Assembly: GCA_934372025.1 (NCBI GenBank)
Contig: CAKROJ010000009.1
Location: forward strand, 760-64,759
Direction of reading: 5' to 3'
Origin: an uncultured Blautia sp.
GTDB taxonomy: Bacteria; Bacillota; Clostridia; Lachnospirales; Lachnospiraceae
DNA length: 64,000 nt
The notes under the pieces were generated by a model. That model ran no database searches, was not told the DNA's origin, and saw only the letters and a program-made list of their open reading frames with translations. Position 1 is the stretch's first letter. Each line of letters starts with the position of its first letter. Made by a program: the position numbers and the translations under genes. This document shows positions 37,988 to 48,064 of the stretch, in pieces.

Positions 37988-38918
37988 TTTCACTTACTCC
38001 ATTCATCAGTCTGCATGCTTCAGAAACAGTAGATCTGATAATATCCTCACAGGAACGTTCTTCTTTGATCATACCTGCGATCTGTCCTGCCATCAGGCTG
38101 CCATTCTTAGCGTCACCATCCTGGACTGCTCTTCTAAGACTGCCAAGAGTCATCTTTTCCAATTCTTCAAATGGTGCACCCTCTTTTTCCATTTCCAGAT
38201 ATTTGCGCGCCATATCATTGCGAAGAACACGGATCGGATGTCCGGTACTTCTGCCTGTTACACGGCTGTCGATGTCTTTTGCTTTAAGAATACTGTTCTT
38301 GTAATTTTCATGGATCACAGATTCCTTAGATGCTGCAAAAATTGTTCCCATCTGGATTCCTTTGGCGCCCAACATAAATGCCGCTGCCATTCCTCTTCCG
38401 TCTGCAATACCGCCTGCTGCGATCACCGGAATATTCACTGCATCAACAACCTGCGGAACCAGTACCATTGTGGTAAGCTCTCCGATATGTCCTCCGGCCT
38501 CTGTACCTTCGGCAACGACTGCATCTGCACCGCAGCGCTCCATACGTTTTGCAAGTGCTACTGATGCAATGACCGGAATGACCTTAACTCCGGCTGCCTT
38601 CCAGTCTGCCATGTATTTTTCCGGGCTTCCGGCACCTGTAGTCACCACCTTGATGTCCTCTTCCAGGATTACCTTTGCAATCTTATCTGCTTCCGGATTC
38701 ATCAGCATGATGTTTACACCAAACGGTTTATCCGTCAGCTTCTTTGCCTCACGGATCTGTTCTCTTACCCACTCTGCCGGTGCGCCGCCTGCTGCAATCA
38801 GTCCAAGGCCTCCTGCATTGGATACGGCTGCTGCCAGATGATGATCTGCAACCCATGCCATACCGCCCTGGATCACCGGATACTCAATTCCTAATAGTTC
38901 TGTGATTTCTGTCTTCAT
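37980..38918 (-). CDS. fabK: Enoyl-ACP reductase II (FMN-dependent, nitronate monooxygenase fold)
   Basis: 312 aa. YPVIQGGMAWV.., a TIM-barrel FMN protein in the fabK position of a FASII cluster. Confidence 0.88.
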   Translation of the reverse strand: MKTEITELLGIEYPVIQGGMAWVADHHLAAAVSNAGGLGLIAAGGAPAEWVREQIREAKKLTDKPFGVNIMLMNPEADKIAKVILEEDIKVVTTGAGSPEKYMADWKAAGVKVIPVIASVALAKRMERCGADAVVAEGTEAGGHIGELTTMVLVPQVVDAVNIPVIAAGGIADGRGMAAAFMLGAKGIQMGTIFAASKESVIHENYKNSILKAKDIDSRVTGRSTGHPIRVLRNDMARKYLEMEKEGAPFEELEKMTLGSLRRAVQDGDAKNGSLMAGQIAGMIKEERSCEDIIRSTVSEACRLMNGVSENE

Positions 38919-38992
38919 AAATCAAATCTCCTCGATCGTCATAGGTCACTGTTATATCAGAACAGCCGACCCAAAACCTTTCTGTTTTAGTT

Positions 38993-39220
38993 TTATGCCT
39001 GATGCTCTGTCAGATAGTTCATTACATCTGCAACTGTTGTGATCTGCTCAAGATCCTCGCTTGGGATCTCTACAGAAAATTCTTCCTCGAATGCCATTGC
39101 AAGTTCAAAAAGATCCAGGGAATCTGCATGAAGATCATCTTTAAAAGATGTCTCTGCTGTGATTGCTGCTGCGTCTGCTCCTAAGTTTTCTGCTGTAAGT
39201 TCAATAATTCTTTCTAACAT
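38993..39220 (-). CDS. acpP: Acyl carrier protein
   Basis: 75 aa with the LHADSLDLFEL phosphopantetheine-attachment motif (DSLD). Confidence 0.95.
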   Translation of the reverse strand: MLERIIELTAENLGADAAAITAETSFKDDLHADSLDLFELAMAFEEEFSVEIPSEDLEQITTVADVMNYLTEHQA

Positions 39221-39316
39221 TTTTGTTTTCTCCTTTTTCTGTTAAATTTTGATTTAAATTTATAGTTAAGTCACAGAACTTGTTTGCATTTTCAAATCCC
39301 GTTCCTTCTTTACTTT

Positions 39317-40318
39317 TTATCTTTCCAGATCCCAGTCTAACACACTTGCTCCCCAGGATAGTCCTGCTCCAAATCCTGCCAGAACCAGTCTCTGTCCTTT
39401 TTTCAGAATGCCTTTTTTATTCAGCTCATTCAGTAAAATTGGGATGCTGGCTGAAGAAGTGTTTCCATACTCCTGAAGATTCATTGGAAATTTATCAATT
39501 TCCAGATGTAGTCGTCTTGCAACTGCATCTACAATCCTTGCATTTGCCTGATGAAGAACAAACCAGTCGACGTCTTCAAGAGAAAGAGTGTTTAACTCGA
39601 TGACTTCCTGTATCACCTGCGGAACCTTGCGGACTGCAAACTGAAAGACATCCTTGCCATTCATCGTAATGTATTCTGTTTTTGTTTCTCCCTGATCCCG
39701 GTCAATACTGCGGACTCTTCCATGTACTCCTGGTCCGGTCAGTGCCGGTCCGCCTCGTCCATCCGAATGAGAGACTGGCTGGTAGCTTTTTCCTTCCTTC
39801 GCCTGAAGGAGAACCGCTCCGGCTCCATCACCAAACAAGATGCATGTTCCGCGGTCAGTCCAGTCAACGATACGTGAAAGACTCTCACTTCCAATGACCA
39901 GGATCGTCCGGTAGATTCCGGATGTTATGTAAGCCTGCGCGGTATTGTAGGCAAAAAGAAATCCGCTACATGCGGCATTGAGATCAAATCCAACTGCTCC
40001 GGCAGCTCCAAGCGCTTCCTGTACCTGACAGGCTGTACATGGAAATACTCTGTCGGCAGAACCGGTTGCTACCAGGATCATGTCAATTTCTTCCGGTGAG
40101 ATCCCGGCTTCTTCAATTGCCTGGCGCCCGGCCTCGACCGCCATAGAAACGGTTGTTTCCTCTTCTGCAATATGTCGCCGCTCCACACCAGTCCGTTCCC
40201 GGATCCATTCATCACTCGTATCTACAAAACCGGCAATTTCATGATTATCCAGAATTCTCTTTGGAACACAGGCTCCCGTTCCCCGGATGACACCGGTTAT
40301 GGTCTGTTCTTTATTCAT
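39317..40318 (-). CDS. fabH: 3-oxoacyl-ACP synthase III
   Basis: 333 aa. AACSGF active-site Cys, HQAN and GNTSSASIP motifs. Confidence 0.95.
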   Translation of the reverse strand: MNKEQTITGVIRGTGACVPKRILDNHEIAGFVDTSDEWIRERTGVERRHIAEEETTVSMAVEAGRQAIEEAGISPEEIDMILVATGSADRVFPCTACQVQEALGAAGAVGFDLNAACSGFLFAYNTAQAYITSGIYRTILVIGSESLSRIVDWTDRGTCILFGDGAGAVLLQAKEGKSYQPVSHSDGRGGPALTGPGVHGRVRSIDRDQGETKTEYITMNGKDVFQFAVRKVPQVIQEVIELNTLSLEDVDWFVLHQANARIVDAVARRLHLEIDKFPMNLQEYGNTSSASIPILLNELNKKGILKKGQRLVLAGFGAGLSWGASVLDWDLER

Positions 40319-40362
40319 AATGCTTATTTCCTCATATTCCTGATTTGTTTTGGTTTTAGAAT

Positions 40363-40379
40363 ATTTTGATTATCAAAGT
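40363..40379. promoter_or_regulatory. FabT-like palindromic operator overlapping the fab promoter
   Basis: ATTTTGATTATCAAAGT is an inverted repeat, TTTGAT-T-ATCAAA. It resembles the streptococcal/enterococcal FabT box (AnTTTGAnTnTCAAAnT as I recall it). It abuts the -10 element. Confidence 0.5.
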
Positions 40380-40405
40380 ATATCTCCAAAAAAAGCACTT
40401 GTCAA
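40377..40405 (-). promoter_or_regulatory. Putative sigma-A promoter of the fabH..accDA operon
   Basis: Minus strand TTGACA (40405-40400), 17 nt, then TATACT (40382-40377). Confidence 0.6.
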
Positions 40406-40410
40406 GTAGA

Positions 40411-40456
40411 AAAAATAATAAATGCCAGGAAGCATAAACCACATGCTCCCTGGCAT
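40411..40456 (-). terminator. Intrinsic terminator of the nucleotidyltransferase gene
   Basis: Minus strand ATGCCAGGGAGCAT gtggttt ATGCTTCCTGGCAT, followed by TTATTATTTTTT. Confidence 0.8.
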
Positions 40457-40516
40457 AATCTCTGCTGCTAATTATTTATCTCTGCAAATAATCTGGACAA
40501 AATACAGCTCACAGAT

Positions 40517-41419
40517 TTACAAATCGGAGAATAAATCTTCTTTGTAGACACCATTCTCAAGCATTTCTCTGAAGCTTTCCTTTACTGCTGCAACATCTTC
40601 TTTGTATGTCATGCCATACCATGTATCATTGGTTCTGAGTACTTTTACGGACATTTCATCTTTTGCCAGCAGTTCTCCGATAAATGTCGGAATCAGATAT
40701 TCTGATTTCAATGGATTCTCCGGAACTTCTTTTTCAAAGAATTCTGCAAATCCGTCTTCCAGCGTTTTCAGAAATTGCGGTGTCAGTCCCCACATATTCA
40801 TAGATACAAGAGACTCTATATCCAGAACTGTACCTTCTGTCTCCGCTCCCTCTGCTGTCTTCACAATGTTTTTGGTTTCTACAACTTCTGTCAGATTGTT
40901 CTCTGCATCCATCTTACAGATACCACGAGTCACACCACCATTGTCTGACAGTGTGTTTTTCAGAACAAAGCCAGCCATACAGGAGTTTCCGCCATTTACA
41001 AGGTATTCATGGACTGCGCGGAATCCTTCTTTTCCATAATAGTCGTCTGCATTGATTACAATAAATGGTGTGGTCAGTACCGATTTTGCTGCCAGCACAG
41101 CCTGTCCTGTTCCCCATGGTTTCGTACGACCTTCCGGCAGAGTACCCGGAATATCATTAATATCCTGAAATGCGTAGTCTACTGTTACTCCATGTGCTTT
41201 ACATATAGAGGCAATTCGATCGCCAATGACTTCTTTAAATTCTTTTTCGATGTCTTTACGAATAATAAATACAACCTTATTAAATCCTGCCTCGATCGCA
41301 TCATGAATTGAATAATCCATAATAATATGATTCTGCGCATCCACAGGTTCCAGCTGTTTGATTCCACCGCCAAATCGAGAACCGATTCCGGCAGCCATGA
41401 TAAGTAATGTTGTCTTCAT
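40517..41419 (-). CDS. Sugar-phosphate nucleotidyltransferase family protein
   Basis: ORF 40517..41488. The ATG at 41419 follows GGGAGAA and gives MKTTLLIMAAGIGSRFGGGIKQLEPV (the G-x-G-x-R NTP-transferase loop). The remainder resembles a GT-A nucleotidyltransferase fold. Confidence 0.75.
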   Translation of the reverse strand: MKTTLLIMAAGIGSRFGGGIKQLEPVDAQNHIIMDYSIHDAIEAGFNKVVFIIRKDIEKEFKEVIGDRIASICKAHGVTVDYAFQDINDIPGTLPEGRTKPWGTGQAVLAAKSVLTTPFIVINADDYYGKEGFRAVHEYLVNGGNSCMAGFVLKNTLSDNGGVTRGICKMDAENNLTEVVETKNIVKTAEGAETEGTVLDIESLVSMNMWGLTPQFLKTLEDGFAEFFEKEVPENPLKSEYLIPTFIGELLAKDEMSVKVLRTNDTWYGMTYKEDVAAVKESFREMLENGVYKEDLFSDL

Positions 41420-41868
41420 AAATTTTCTCCCTCTGAATCTTTTATGTTTTGTACCGTGTTTTCGTATTGAAAGCCCACCTTTTCTCACATATACAAGCCA
41501 TTCCGTTCACCTTATAATTCAAAATATGCGCAATCAATTCTTACAACACGGGGTTGAATTACCACGCCAGTAATTCGTAATGTGTTCTCATTATACCATG
41601 AAAAACATAAAAAGTCCTGCCTGATCAAAGATTTCCTTCCACTTATTCTCTTTTATCCTCTTTTTATTACCGTCCACAGCAATTTGAAACATTGCAATCC
41701 ATTCCTGTACTGCATGGTTCATATGTTTTTTTTCATGGCTCGGCATCCCCCTGGGAGGCTTGTTTTTACCACCTGTTTTGTTAAAATATAAACAACACAA
41801 AGAACTGTGTTATCTCCCAAATAAAGTGCATGACCTCCACATATTGATGCACATTCAATTCAACCCAT

Positions 41869-41907
41869 AAAAAAAGTACTTCCAAATCCGCGGGAAGTAC
41901 TTTTTTT
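41869..41907. terminator. Intrinsic terminator after the ABC importer operon (bidirectional shape)
   Basis: AAAAAAAGTACTTCC aaatccgcg GGAAGTACTTTTTTT. Confidence 0.8.
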
Positions 41908-41917
41908 AGTAATTACT

Positions 41918-42676
41918 CTATAAAACTGACTCGACCAGTTTCTTTGTATAATCCATCTTCGGATGATTGATGATTTCATCCGGAGTCCCATATTCTACAA
42001 CCTTCCCCTGATAAAGCACCAGGACTTTGTCGCAAAATTCCTGCACCAGTGCAAGATCATGGCAGATAAAAAGAAACGACAGTTCTTCCTTCTCCTTTAA
42101 TTCTTTCAGGAGCTCCAATATCTGCTTCTGCACCGTCACATCAAGAGCGCTCGTGGCTTCATCACAGATCAGTATCTCAGGTCCGACTGCCAGCGCCCTT
42201 GCGATTGCAGCTCTCTGGCACTGACCACCGCTGACCTGATGTGGATAACGGTCTGCATATTCCTTATTCATTCCACATTTTTCAAGAAGCTTTTCCACGC
42301 GTTTGCGTGTTTCGTCACGACTTATCCCCATATTCCGAAGACTTTCCCCAATTCCGTCTCCTAGCGTACATCGCGGATCAAAAGATTCCATCGGCATCTG
42401 AAAGACCATCTGGATATCCTGGTAAATATCACGCAGCGCCTTCCCCCTGGTATGCGTAATATCCTGTCCTTTAAGAAAAATCCGTCCCTCTGTGGCAGGC
42501 TCCAGATGCGTGATCATCTGCGCGATCGTGCTCTTTCCGGAACCGGATTCACCTACAATCCCGAGGCACTCACCCCGCTCCAGTTCAAAACTCACATCAT
42601 CCACAGCTGTAAACTCTTTTTTCCCCGATACAAAAACTTTTTTCAGATTCTCTGCCCGTAAAACAATTTCTGACAT
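41918..42676 (-). CDS. Peptide/nickel-type ABC transporter ATP-binding protein (OppF/DppF-like)
   Basis: 252 aa. Walker A GESGSGKST, signature VSGGQCQR and Walker B LICDEATSALD. Confidence 0.9.
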   Translation of the reverse strand: MSEIVLRAENLKKVFVSGKKEFTAVDDVSFELERGECLGIVGESGSGKSTIAQMITHLEPATEGRIFLKGQDITHTRGKALRDIYQDIQMVFQMPMESFDPRCTLGDGIGESLRNMGISRDETRKRVEKLLEKCGMNKEYADRYPHQVSGGQCQRAAIARALAVGPEILICDEATSALDVTVQKQILELLKELKEKEELSFLFICHDLALVQEFCDKVLVLYQGKVVEYGTPDEIINHPKMDYTKKLVESVL

Positions 42677-42725
42677 ATCAAACTTTCCTCTTCAGAATAC
42701 ACACTTCATAACATTTTTGACGTAC

Positions 42726-43520
42726 TCACATCCCTGATTTTTTCAGTCTCAGCACAGATCCCATTAGCTTCTTTGTATACGGATCCTGCGGATTTTCCAG
42801 AACGTTTTCCGTCTCTCCATACTCTCTGACATGCCCGTTCTGAAGCACCAGAATCCTGTCTGCCATCATCCTCACCACACCGATATTGTGGGTTACAAGG
42901 ACCATCGCTGTGTTGTATTCTTCCCGCATAAACAAAAGCTCTTCCACTACCTGTTTCTGCACCGTTACATCAAGCGCACTCGTCGGTTCATCTGCCAGCA
43001 AAAGCTTAGGCCGCATGATCATGGCTGTACAGATTCCCACTCTCTGATTCATTCCACCAGAGAGTTCAAACGGATAGCTGTCCAGCACCCGATCCACGTC
43101 ATTAAGCCCAATCTTTTTCATAATCTCACCGGCACGATTTCTGACCTCATGTCTGCTTGCTTTTTCATGCTCTGACACCGCCTCATGTATCTGAACCCCG
43201 ATCTTTCGTACCGGACACAGCGCAGATTTGCAGTCCTGAAACACCATTCCGATCTCTTTTCCAAGGTATTTACGAAGTTTTTTAACACTCATATCTGTAA
43301 GATTTTCACCCTTATACCAGATATCTCCCTGTGTAACCAGACCTTCTTCCCCCAGAAGCCCCATAATTGCCTTGATGATCGTACTTTTTCCACTGCCGGA
43401 CTCGCCTACAATTCCCAGAATCTCACCCTGCTTCAATTCAAAACTTACATCCTGTACTACTGGTTTTCCATTATAAGAAATTGTCACATGCTCTACACGA
43501 AGCAATGAACTCATAATCAA
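42726..43520 (-). CDS. Peptide/nickel-type ABC transporter ATP-binding protein (OppD/DppD-like)
   Basis: 264 aa. GESGSGKST, LSGGMNQR and LLADEPTSALD. The start is ambiguous (TTG 43520 or ATG 43514). Confidence 0.9.
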   Translation of the reverse strand: MIMSSLLRVEHVTISYNGKPVVQDVSFELKQGEILGIVGESGSGKSTIIKAIMGLLGEEGLVTQGDIWYKGENLTDMSVKKLRKYLGKEIGMVFQDCKSALCPVRKIGVQIHEAVSEHEKASRHEVRNRAGEIMKKIGLNDVDRVLDSYPFELSGGMNQRVGICTAMIMRPKLLLADEPTSALDVTVQKQVVEELLFMREEYNTAMVLVTHNIGVVRMMADRILVLQNGHVREYGETENVLENPQDPYTKKLMGSVLRLKKSGM

Positions 43521-43562
43521 TCATTCTCCTCAGACTTTAATTGCTGTAAACAGCAACAGCAT

Positions 43563-45098
43563 TTACTCTACATCCAGATCTGCAGTGATCTCATAATAAT
43601 CACATGGATGTGCTGACATTCCTTTAACATTGGATTTTGTCACGATTCCCATGTTCAGATGAGATACAAAGAAGAATGCATCATCATCTAAAATATCCTG
43701 CTGAAGCTCTACTGCAAGCTTGCCTCTTTCGTCCTTATCAAAGGTCTGGTGAAGCTTATCTGTCAGCTTGGTAACCTCATCATTCTGGTATTTTCCATAG
43801 TTCTTGGAGCCTACTACAGTACTGGTAAAGAAGTACTCCGGATCACCGGTCGGTGCAGTTGTTGTGGAGCTTACATATACATCAAAATCTCCGTTTTCTG
43901 CAAAAGTTCTGTGGTCAGACGTGTTATTTACCTGCACATCAATACCGATATCTTTCAGTGTAGACTGTGCATATTCTGCAAGCTTTGGCTGCTCCAGACG
44001 AGTCGGATAAGTCAGCCAGTTGATGCTCAGTTTCTGACCATCCTTATTCACATATCCGTCACCATCTGTATCTGTCCAGCCGGATTCTTCAAGAAGTTTT
44101 TTTGCTCCCTCCGGATCATAAGAAACAGTTTCTACTGCATCATTTCCATAAGAAAAGCTGCTCGGGAATGCTGCCTTGGCCGGAACTCCACGGCCCTGCA
44201 TGATCACAGAACAGAAGCCTTCTTTATCGATTCCCATCTCAACAGCCTTGCGGATATTCTGATCCTGCATAAGCTCTGATTCCATATTAAACTGTCCAAA
44301 GAAACAGCGGCTGGTCGCACAGGAATTGATGGTATAATCCGGATTATTTTCAAATAACGGATAGTTATCATACTGCAGTCCATAAGTACCCTGAATGTCC
44401 CCTGTCTGCAGTGCTGCAGTCAGCGCGCTTCCGTCCGCAAATGATTTTACTGTGATATTATCAACCTTGACATCACCGCCCCAGTAGTCTTCATTTTTAA
44501 CAAGATCAATCTGAGTTGGTGTTACATTTGTCGCAACATATGGGCCTGTTCCGGCTACATTTGCAGAGCCGCCTTCACCCTGGATTCCGTATTCCATATC
44601 AATGATCGCACCATATGGATCGCCAAGATAGTTAATGATCGCCGGGCATGGTTCTGTAGTATAAATGGTGAGTGTCAGTCCATCCGCATCAATATGATCG
44701 ATCTTCAGATCATAAGGAGCACGGTCATGAACTGTGATCAGATCTTCCAGGCATTCCTTGACAGCTTCTGCATCCATGGTGCGTCCACTGGAGAATTTTA
44801 CCCCATCACGAAGTGTGATCTTTACGGTTGTATCATCCACAAACTCATAATCTGTTGCCAGCCACGGCTCCACTTCCATGTTGTCATTATACTTAAAAAG
44901 AGTCTCTCCAACGCCATAACGTATTGCACTCCAACCGGAATAATTGTCATGTGGATTCAGCCCAGCATCACCCATTTCTTCGCTGTATCCTGTCGTTCCA
45001 TAAACAAAAGATTTTCCTCCGTCTGCCCATACACTTGTGGTCATTCCTGCTGCAAGCATAGCTCCTGTAAGAATTGCTGCGATCAGTTTCTTCTTCAT
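43563..45098 (-). CDS. ABC transporter substrate-binding protein, family 5 (peptide/nickel/opine type)
   Basis: 511 aa with a signal peptide. The family-5 SBP layout shows ..W.A.DYEFVDDTTVKITLRDGVKFS.G... Confidence 0.85.
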   Translation of the reverse strand: MKKKLIAAILTGAMLAAGMTTSVWADGGKSFVYGTTGYSEEMGDAGLNPHDNYSGWSAIRYGVGETLFKYNDNMEVEPWLATDYEFVDDTTVKITLRDGVKFSSGRTMDAEAVKECLEDLITVHDRAPYDLKIDHIDADGLTLTIYTTEPCPAIINYLGDPYGAIIDMEYGIQGEGGSANVAGTGPYVATNVTPTQIDLVKNEDYWGGDVKVDNITVKSFADGSALTAALQTGDIQGTYGLQYDNYPLFENNPDYTINSCATSRCFFGQFNMESELMQDQNIRKAVEMGIDKEGFCSVIMQGRGVPAKAAFPSSFSYGNDAVETVSYDPEGAKKLLEESGWTDTDGDGYVNKDGQKLSINWLTYPTRLEQPKLAEYAQSTLKDIGIDVQVNNTSDHRTFAENGDFDVYVSSTTTAPTGDPEYFFTSTVVGSKNYGKYQNDEVTKLTDKLHQTFDKDERGKLAVELQQDILDDDAFFFVSHLNMGIVTKSNVKGMSAHPCDYYEITADLDVE

Positions 45099-45114
45099 GA
45101 TCTGTACTTCCTTT

Positions 45115-45990
45115 CTACTTTTTAGCTCTTTCTTTTGGATCCATAAAATCCCTGAGCGTATCGCCCAGAAGATTAAATATCATAACTGTAATAAAGATCG
45201 CCAGTCCCGGTGCAAGCGCCATCCACGGCGAGATCTGAAGCATACTTCTTCCATCATTGATCATACTTCCCCACTCTGCCATCGGCGGTTTTACGCCAAG
45301 TCCAAGGAAGGAAAGTCCTGCCAGTTCCATCATCATCGTTCCGATATCAAGAACCGCTGTGACCAGGATCGGCCCTGCGATATTCGGCAGAATATGCTTG
45401 AACATAATCTTAAATGTCCTGCTTCCTGACAGCCTTACTGCCATCAGATACGGGGAATCTTTCTGTGCAAGCGTCAGCCCTCTGGCAAGTCTGGCAAACT
45501 TCGGCCAGCCGATCACGGCAAGTGATATAACTGCATTTTGTATGCCTCCGCCAAGCACACCCGCCACTGCAAGTGCAAAAACAAGGCTAGGAAATGCCAG
45601 AAAAAGATCCGATATTCGCATCAGGATTGTGTCTGCAGTTCCGCCGCACCAGCCACAGATAATACCGATCACTGTTCCAACTACTGTGACAATTGCTACC
45701 AGAAGAAGCGTCGCATAGATACTGATCGTACTTCCAACCAGCACCCTTGAAAACATGTCTCTTCCATACCGGTCTGTCCCCAAAATATGCTCCGCGCTCG
45801 GCGGTTTCTGCGCCTGCAGAAGATCCTGAATGTCCGGATCATATGGACAGAGTTTCCGTGCAAAAGCTGCCACGATCAACAAGATCAAAGCCAGTATTGC
45901 AAAGAAGATCAGCTTCTCTCTGACATGATTTTTGCGCACCTTCTGCCTGCGTACAGTGACTGTTTTTTTCTTATTATTCTGCTCACTCAT
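45115..45990 (-). CDS. ABC transporter permease (OppC/DppC-like)
   Basis: 291 aa, 6 TM helices. Has the BPD_transp_1 EAA-like loop and the N-terminal ..HILGTDRYGRD motif. Confidence 0.9.
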   Translation of the reverse strand: MSEQNNKKKTVTVRRQKVRKNHVREKLIFFAILALILLIVAAFARKLCPYDPDIQDLLQAQKPPSAEHILGTDRYGRDMFSRVLVGSTISIYATLLLVAIVTVVGTVIGIICGWCGGTADTILMRISDLFLAFPSLVFALAVAGVLGGGIQNAVISLAVIGWPKFARLARGLTLAQKDSPYLMAVRLSGSRTFKIMFKHILPNIAGPILVTAVLDIGTMMMELAGLSFLGLGVKPPMAEWGSMINDGRSMLQISPWMALAPGLAIFITVMIFNLLGDTLRDFMDPKERAKK

Positions 45991-46931
45991 GCTCTGTCAC
46001 CTCCCAGTCTTACGCGAGGATCCAGATAATGATAGATGATATCTGTGATCAGATTTACCACCACATAGATGATTGCCATCCATGCCACATATGCCTGGAT
46101 GATCGGATAATCTCTCATAGTGATCGCATCTACTGCCATCTTTCCAACGCCATCCCACATAAAGATCGTTTCAACGATCGTCGTGCCCCCGAGCAGGTTT
46201 CCGATCGACAAAGCAAGCAGAGTGATGATCGTAAGCATCGAAGATTTCATGACATTTCGCCAGATGATCACGCTGCCTCGCACTCCTCTTGCACGTGCTC
46301 CAATGACATAATCTTTATTCAATTCCTCCAAAACCGTTGCTCTCACCTGACGGGTATATTTGGATGCCATCGATATTGCAAGTGTAAGCGTTGGCAAAAC
46401 AAGACTCAATGCGACATTATCTGTTGTGATCACCGGAAGCCATCCAAGCTTGATCGAGAAGAAATACATCAGTACCAGTGCCGCAAAAAAGTTGGGCATC
46501 GAGTTCCCGATAAAGCTCAGAAAACGTATCAGATAATCACTCCATTTATTGTGTTTTACCGCTGAAATAATACCCAATGGGATTGCAATCAGCATCGTTA
46601 AAAGCACCGAAGATACCGTAAGAAGGATCGTTGCCGGAAGCTTTTCTGCAAAAGTATCGTAAACATCCCTCTTGGAAACATAGCTCGTTCCCATGTCGCC
46701 AGTCACCATTCCTGCAAACCACTTTGCATACTGCACAAGAAACGGCTGATCCAGTCCGTATTCCTTTTTTGTCTGGTCGATAACCTCCTGCGAGACAGCT
46801 GATCCTGCATTATCATACATATAGGTAACCGCATCACCACCCGCCAGGCGCATCATCGCAAAAGACAAAAAAGTGATCCCGATTAAAATCGGAATCAACT
46901 GAAGAAGCCTTTTAATAATGTATTTAATCAT
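45987..46931 (-). CDS. ABC transporter permease (OppB/DppB-like)
   Basis: ORF 45987..46961. The ATG at 46931 follows GGAG and gives MIKYIIKRLLQLIPILIGITFLSF, a canonical OppB N-terminus. Confidence 0.9.
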   Translation of the reverse strand: MIKYIIKRLLQLIPILIGITFLSFAMMRLAGGDAVTYMYDNAGSAVSQEVIDQTKKEYGLDQPFLVQYAKWFAGMVTGDMGTSYVSKRDVYDTFAEKLPATILLTVSSVLLTMLIAIPLGIISAVKHNKWSDYLIRFLSFIGNSMPNFFAALVLMYFFSIKLGWLPVITTDNVALSLVLPTLTLAISMASKYTRQVRATVLEELNKDYVIGARARGVRGSVIIWRNVMKSSMLTIITLLALSIGNLLGGTTIVETIFMWDGVGKMAVDAITMRDYPIIQAYVAWMAIIYVVVNLITDIIYHYLDPRVRLGGDRA

Positions 46932-47006
46932 GAGTACTCCTTTATGTCTGTCTGAAAACAAGTAAAAATATCCGTATATTAATTCGATAAATAAAGTCTA
47001 ACAAAT

Positions 47007-47045
47007 GAAAAAAAAGCACACAACCCCCAGGGAGGGTTATGTGCT
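47007..47045 (-). terminator. Intrinsic terminator after the LysR gene
   Basis: Minus strand AGCACATAACCC tccctg GGGGTTGTGTGCT, followed by T8. Confidence 0.75.
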
Positions 47046-47090
47046 ATTCCAAAAAAGAATATCTTTTGCATATTACGGAATAAGTCTGTT

Positions 47091-47999
47091 TTAACTTTCA
47101 TTCAACTGTGCCATCAAAAAATCAATCAGTTCCTGTACACTTTCATCGACTTTCTCTCCCTTGTGGATGATATAGCCAAAAAGCACCTTGCCATCCCCCA
47201 TATCCAACGGAATTCCAGGTGTTGTACCCGTCTTGTTCTCTGAAAGATAACTTCCACTCACATTGGAGACCCTGCTGTTTTTTAACATTTTTTCCATAAT
47301 ATAGTCACTGTTGGTCAACACGGAAATATCGATATCTTTCCACTGAAAAGACTCCTCATGCACAGAACCAATGTCAAAAAACTCATCCTGATAGTTCTGA
47401 ATAAACCGGACTCCCTCCAGATCTTTCAACTCAACTTTGCTCTCACCAGAGTTATAAAGTTCCGTCTTACGTCCTGGATAAAACATCACATCTGTCTCAT
47501 ACATCGGAATAAACTGCAGCTTATTCCGGGATAATTCATGCAGAAAATTCTCCTTCTGCTGACTCAGAATATAGACAAAACCAATGTCATCCATATAGTC
47601 TCTGACCCGGTCCATAACGCTCCGTACCCCTGCCGTAGTCAACTGAAAATGATAGTTTTTCTCATAAGTTTCGTTATAAAAATCCACAAACTGATTTGCA
47701 AACCAGGAACTCGGGTTCAGCGAAATTCGAAGCCATTTCGTCATTCCGTGCGCCGCCATATTCTCCAGTGCACCAATCTCATTCGTGATCCTGCACGCAT
47801 ATCGATACACCTTCTGCCCCTGTACAGTCAGCCGGATTCCCCGCGGAAGGCGCTCAAAAAGCTGCATTCCAAGCGCATCCTCCAGTGCCTTGACCACCTT
47901 GCTCACACTCGGCTGCGTGGAATAGAGAACCTTCGCCGCATCACTGAACGATCCAGTCTGTGCACATGCTACAAAATACTGTAATTGTTTTAAATCCAT
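47091..47999 (-). CDS. LysR-family transcriptional regulator
   Basis: 302 aa. N-terminal HTH MDLKQLQYFVACAQTGSFSDAAKVLYSTQPSVSKVVKALE, then a LysR substrate-binding domain. Confidence 0.92.
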   Translation of the reverse strand: MDLKQLQYFVACAQTGSFSDAAKVLYSTQPSVSKVVKALEDALGMQLFERLPRGIRLTVQGQKVYRYACRITNEIGALENMAAHGMTKWLRISLNPSSWFANQFVDFYNETYEKNYHFQLTTAGVRSVMDRVRDYMDDIGFVYILSQQKENFLHELSRNKLQFIPMYETDVMFYPGRKTELYNSGESKVELKDLEGVRFIQNYQDEFFDIGSVHEESFQWKDIDISVLTNSDYIMEKMLKNSRVSNVSGSYLSENKTGTTPGIPLDMGDGKVLFGYIIHKGEKVDESVQELIDFLMAQLNES

Positions 48000-48064
48000 A
48001 TAATCTCCGCATATAATTTATGGTGTCGAAAAAATTTCCCAACTATATTACTTTGTCTTATTTG

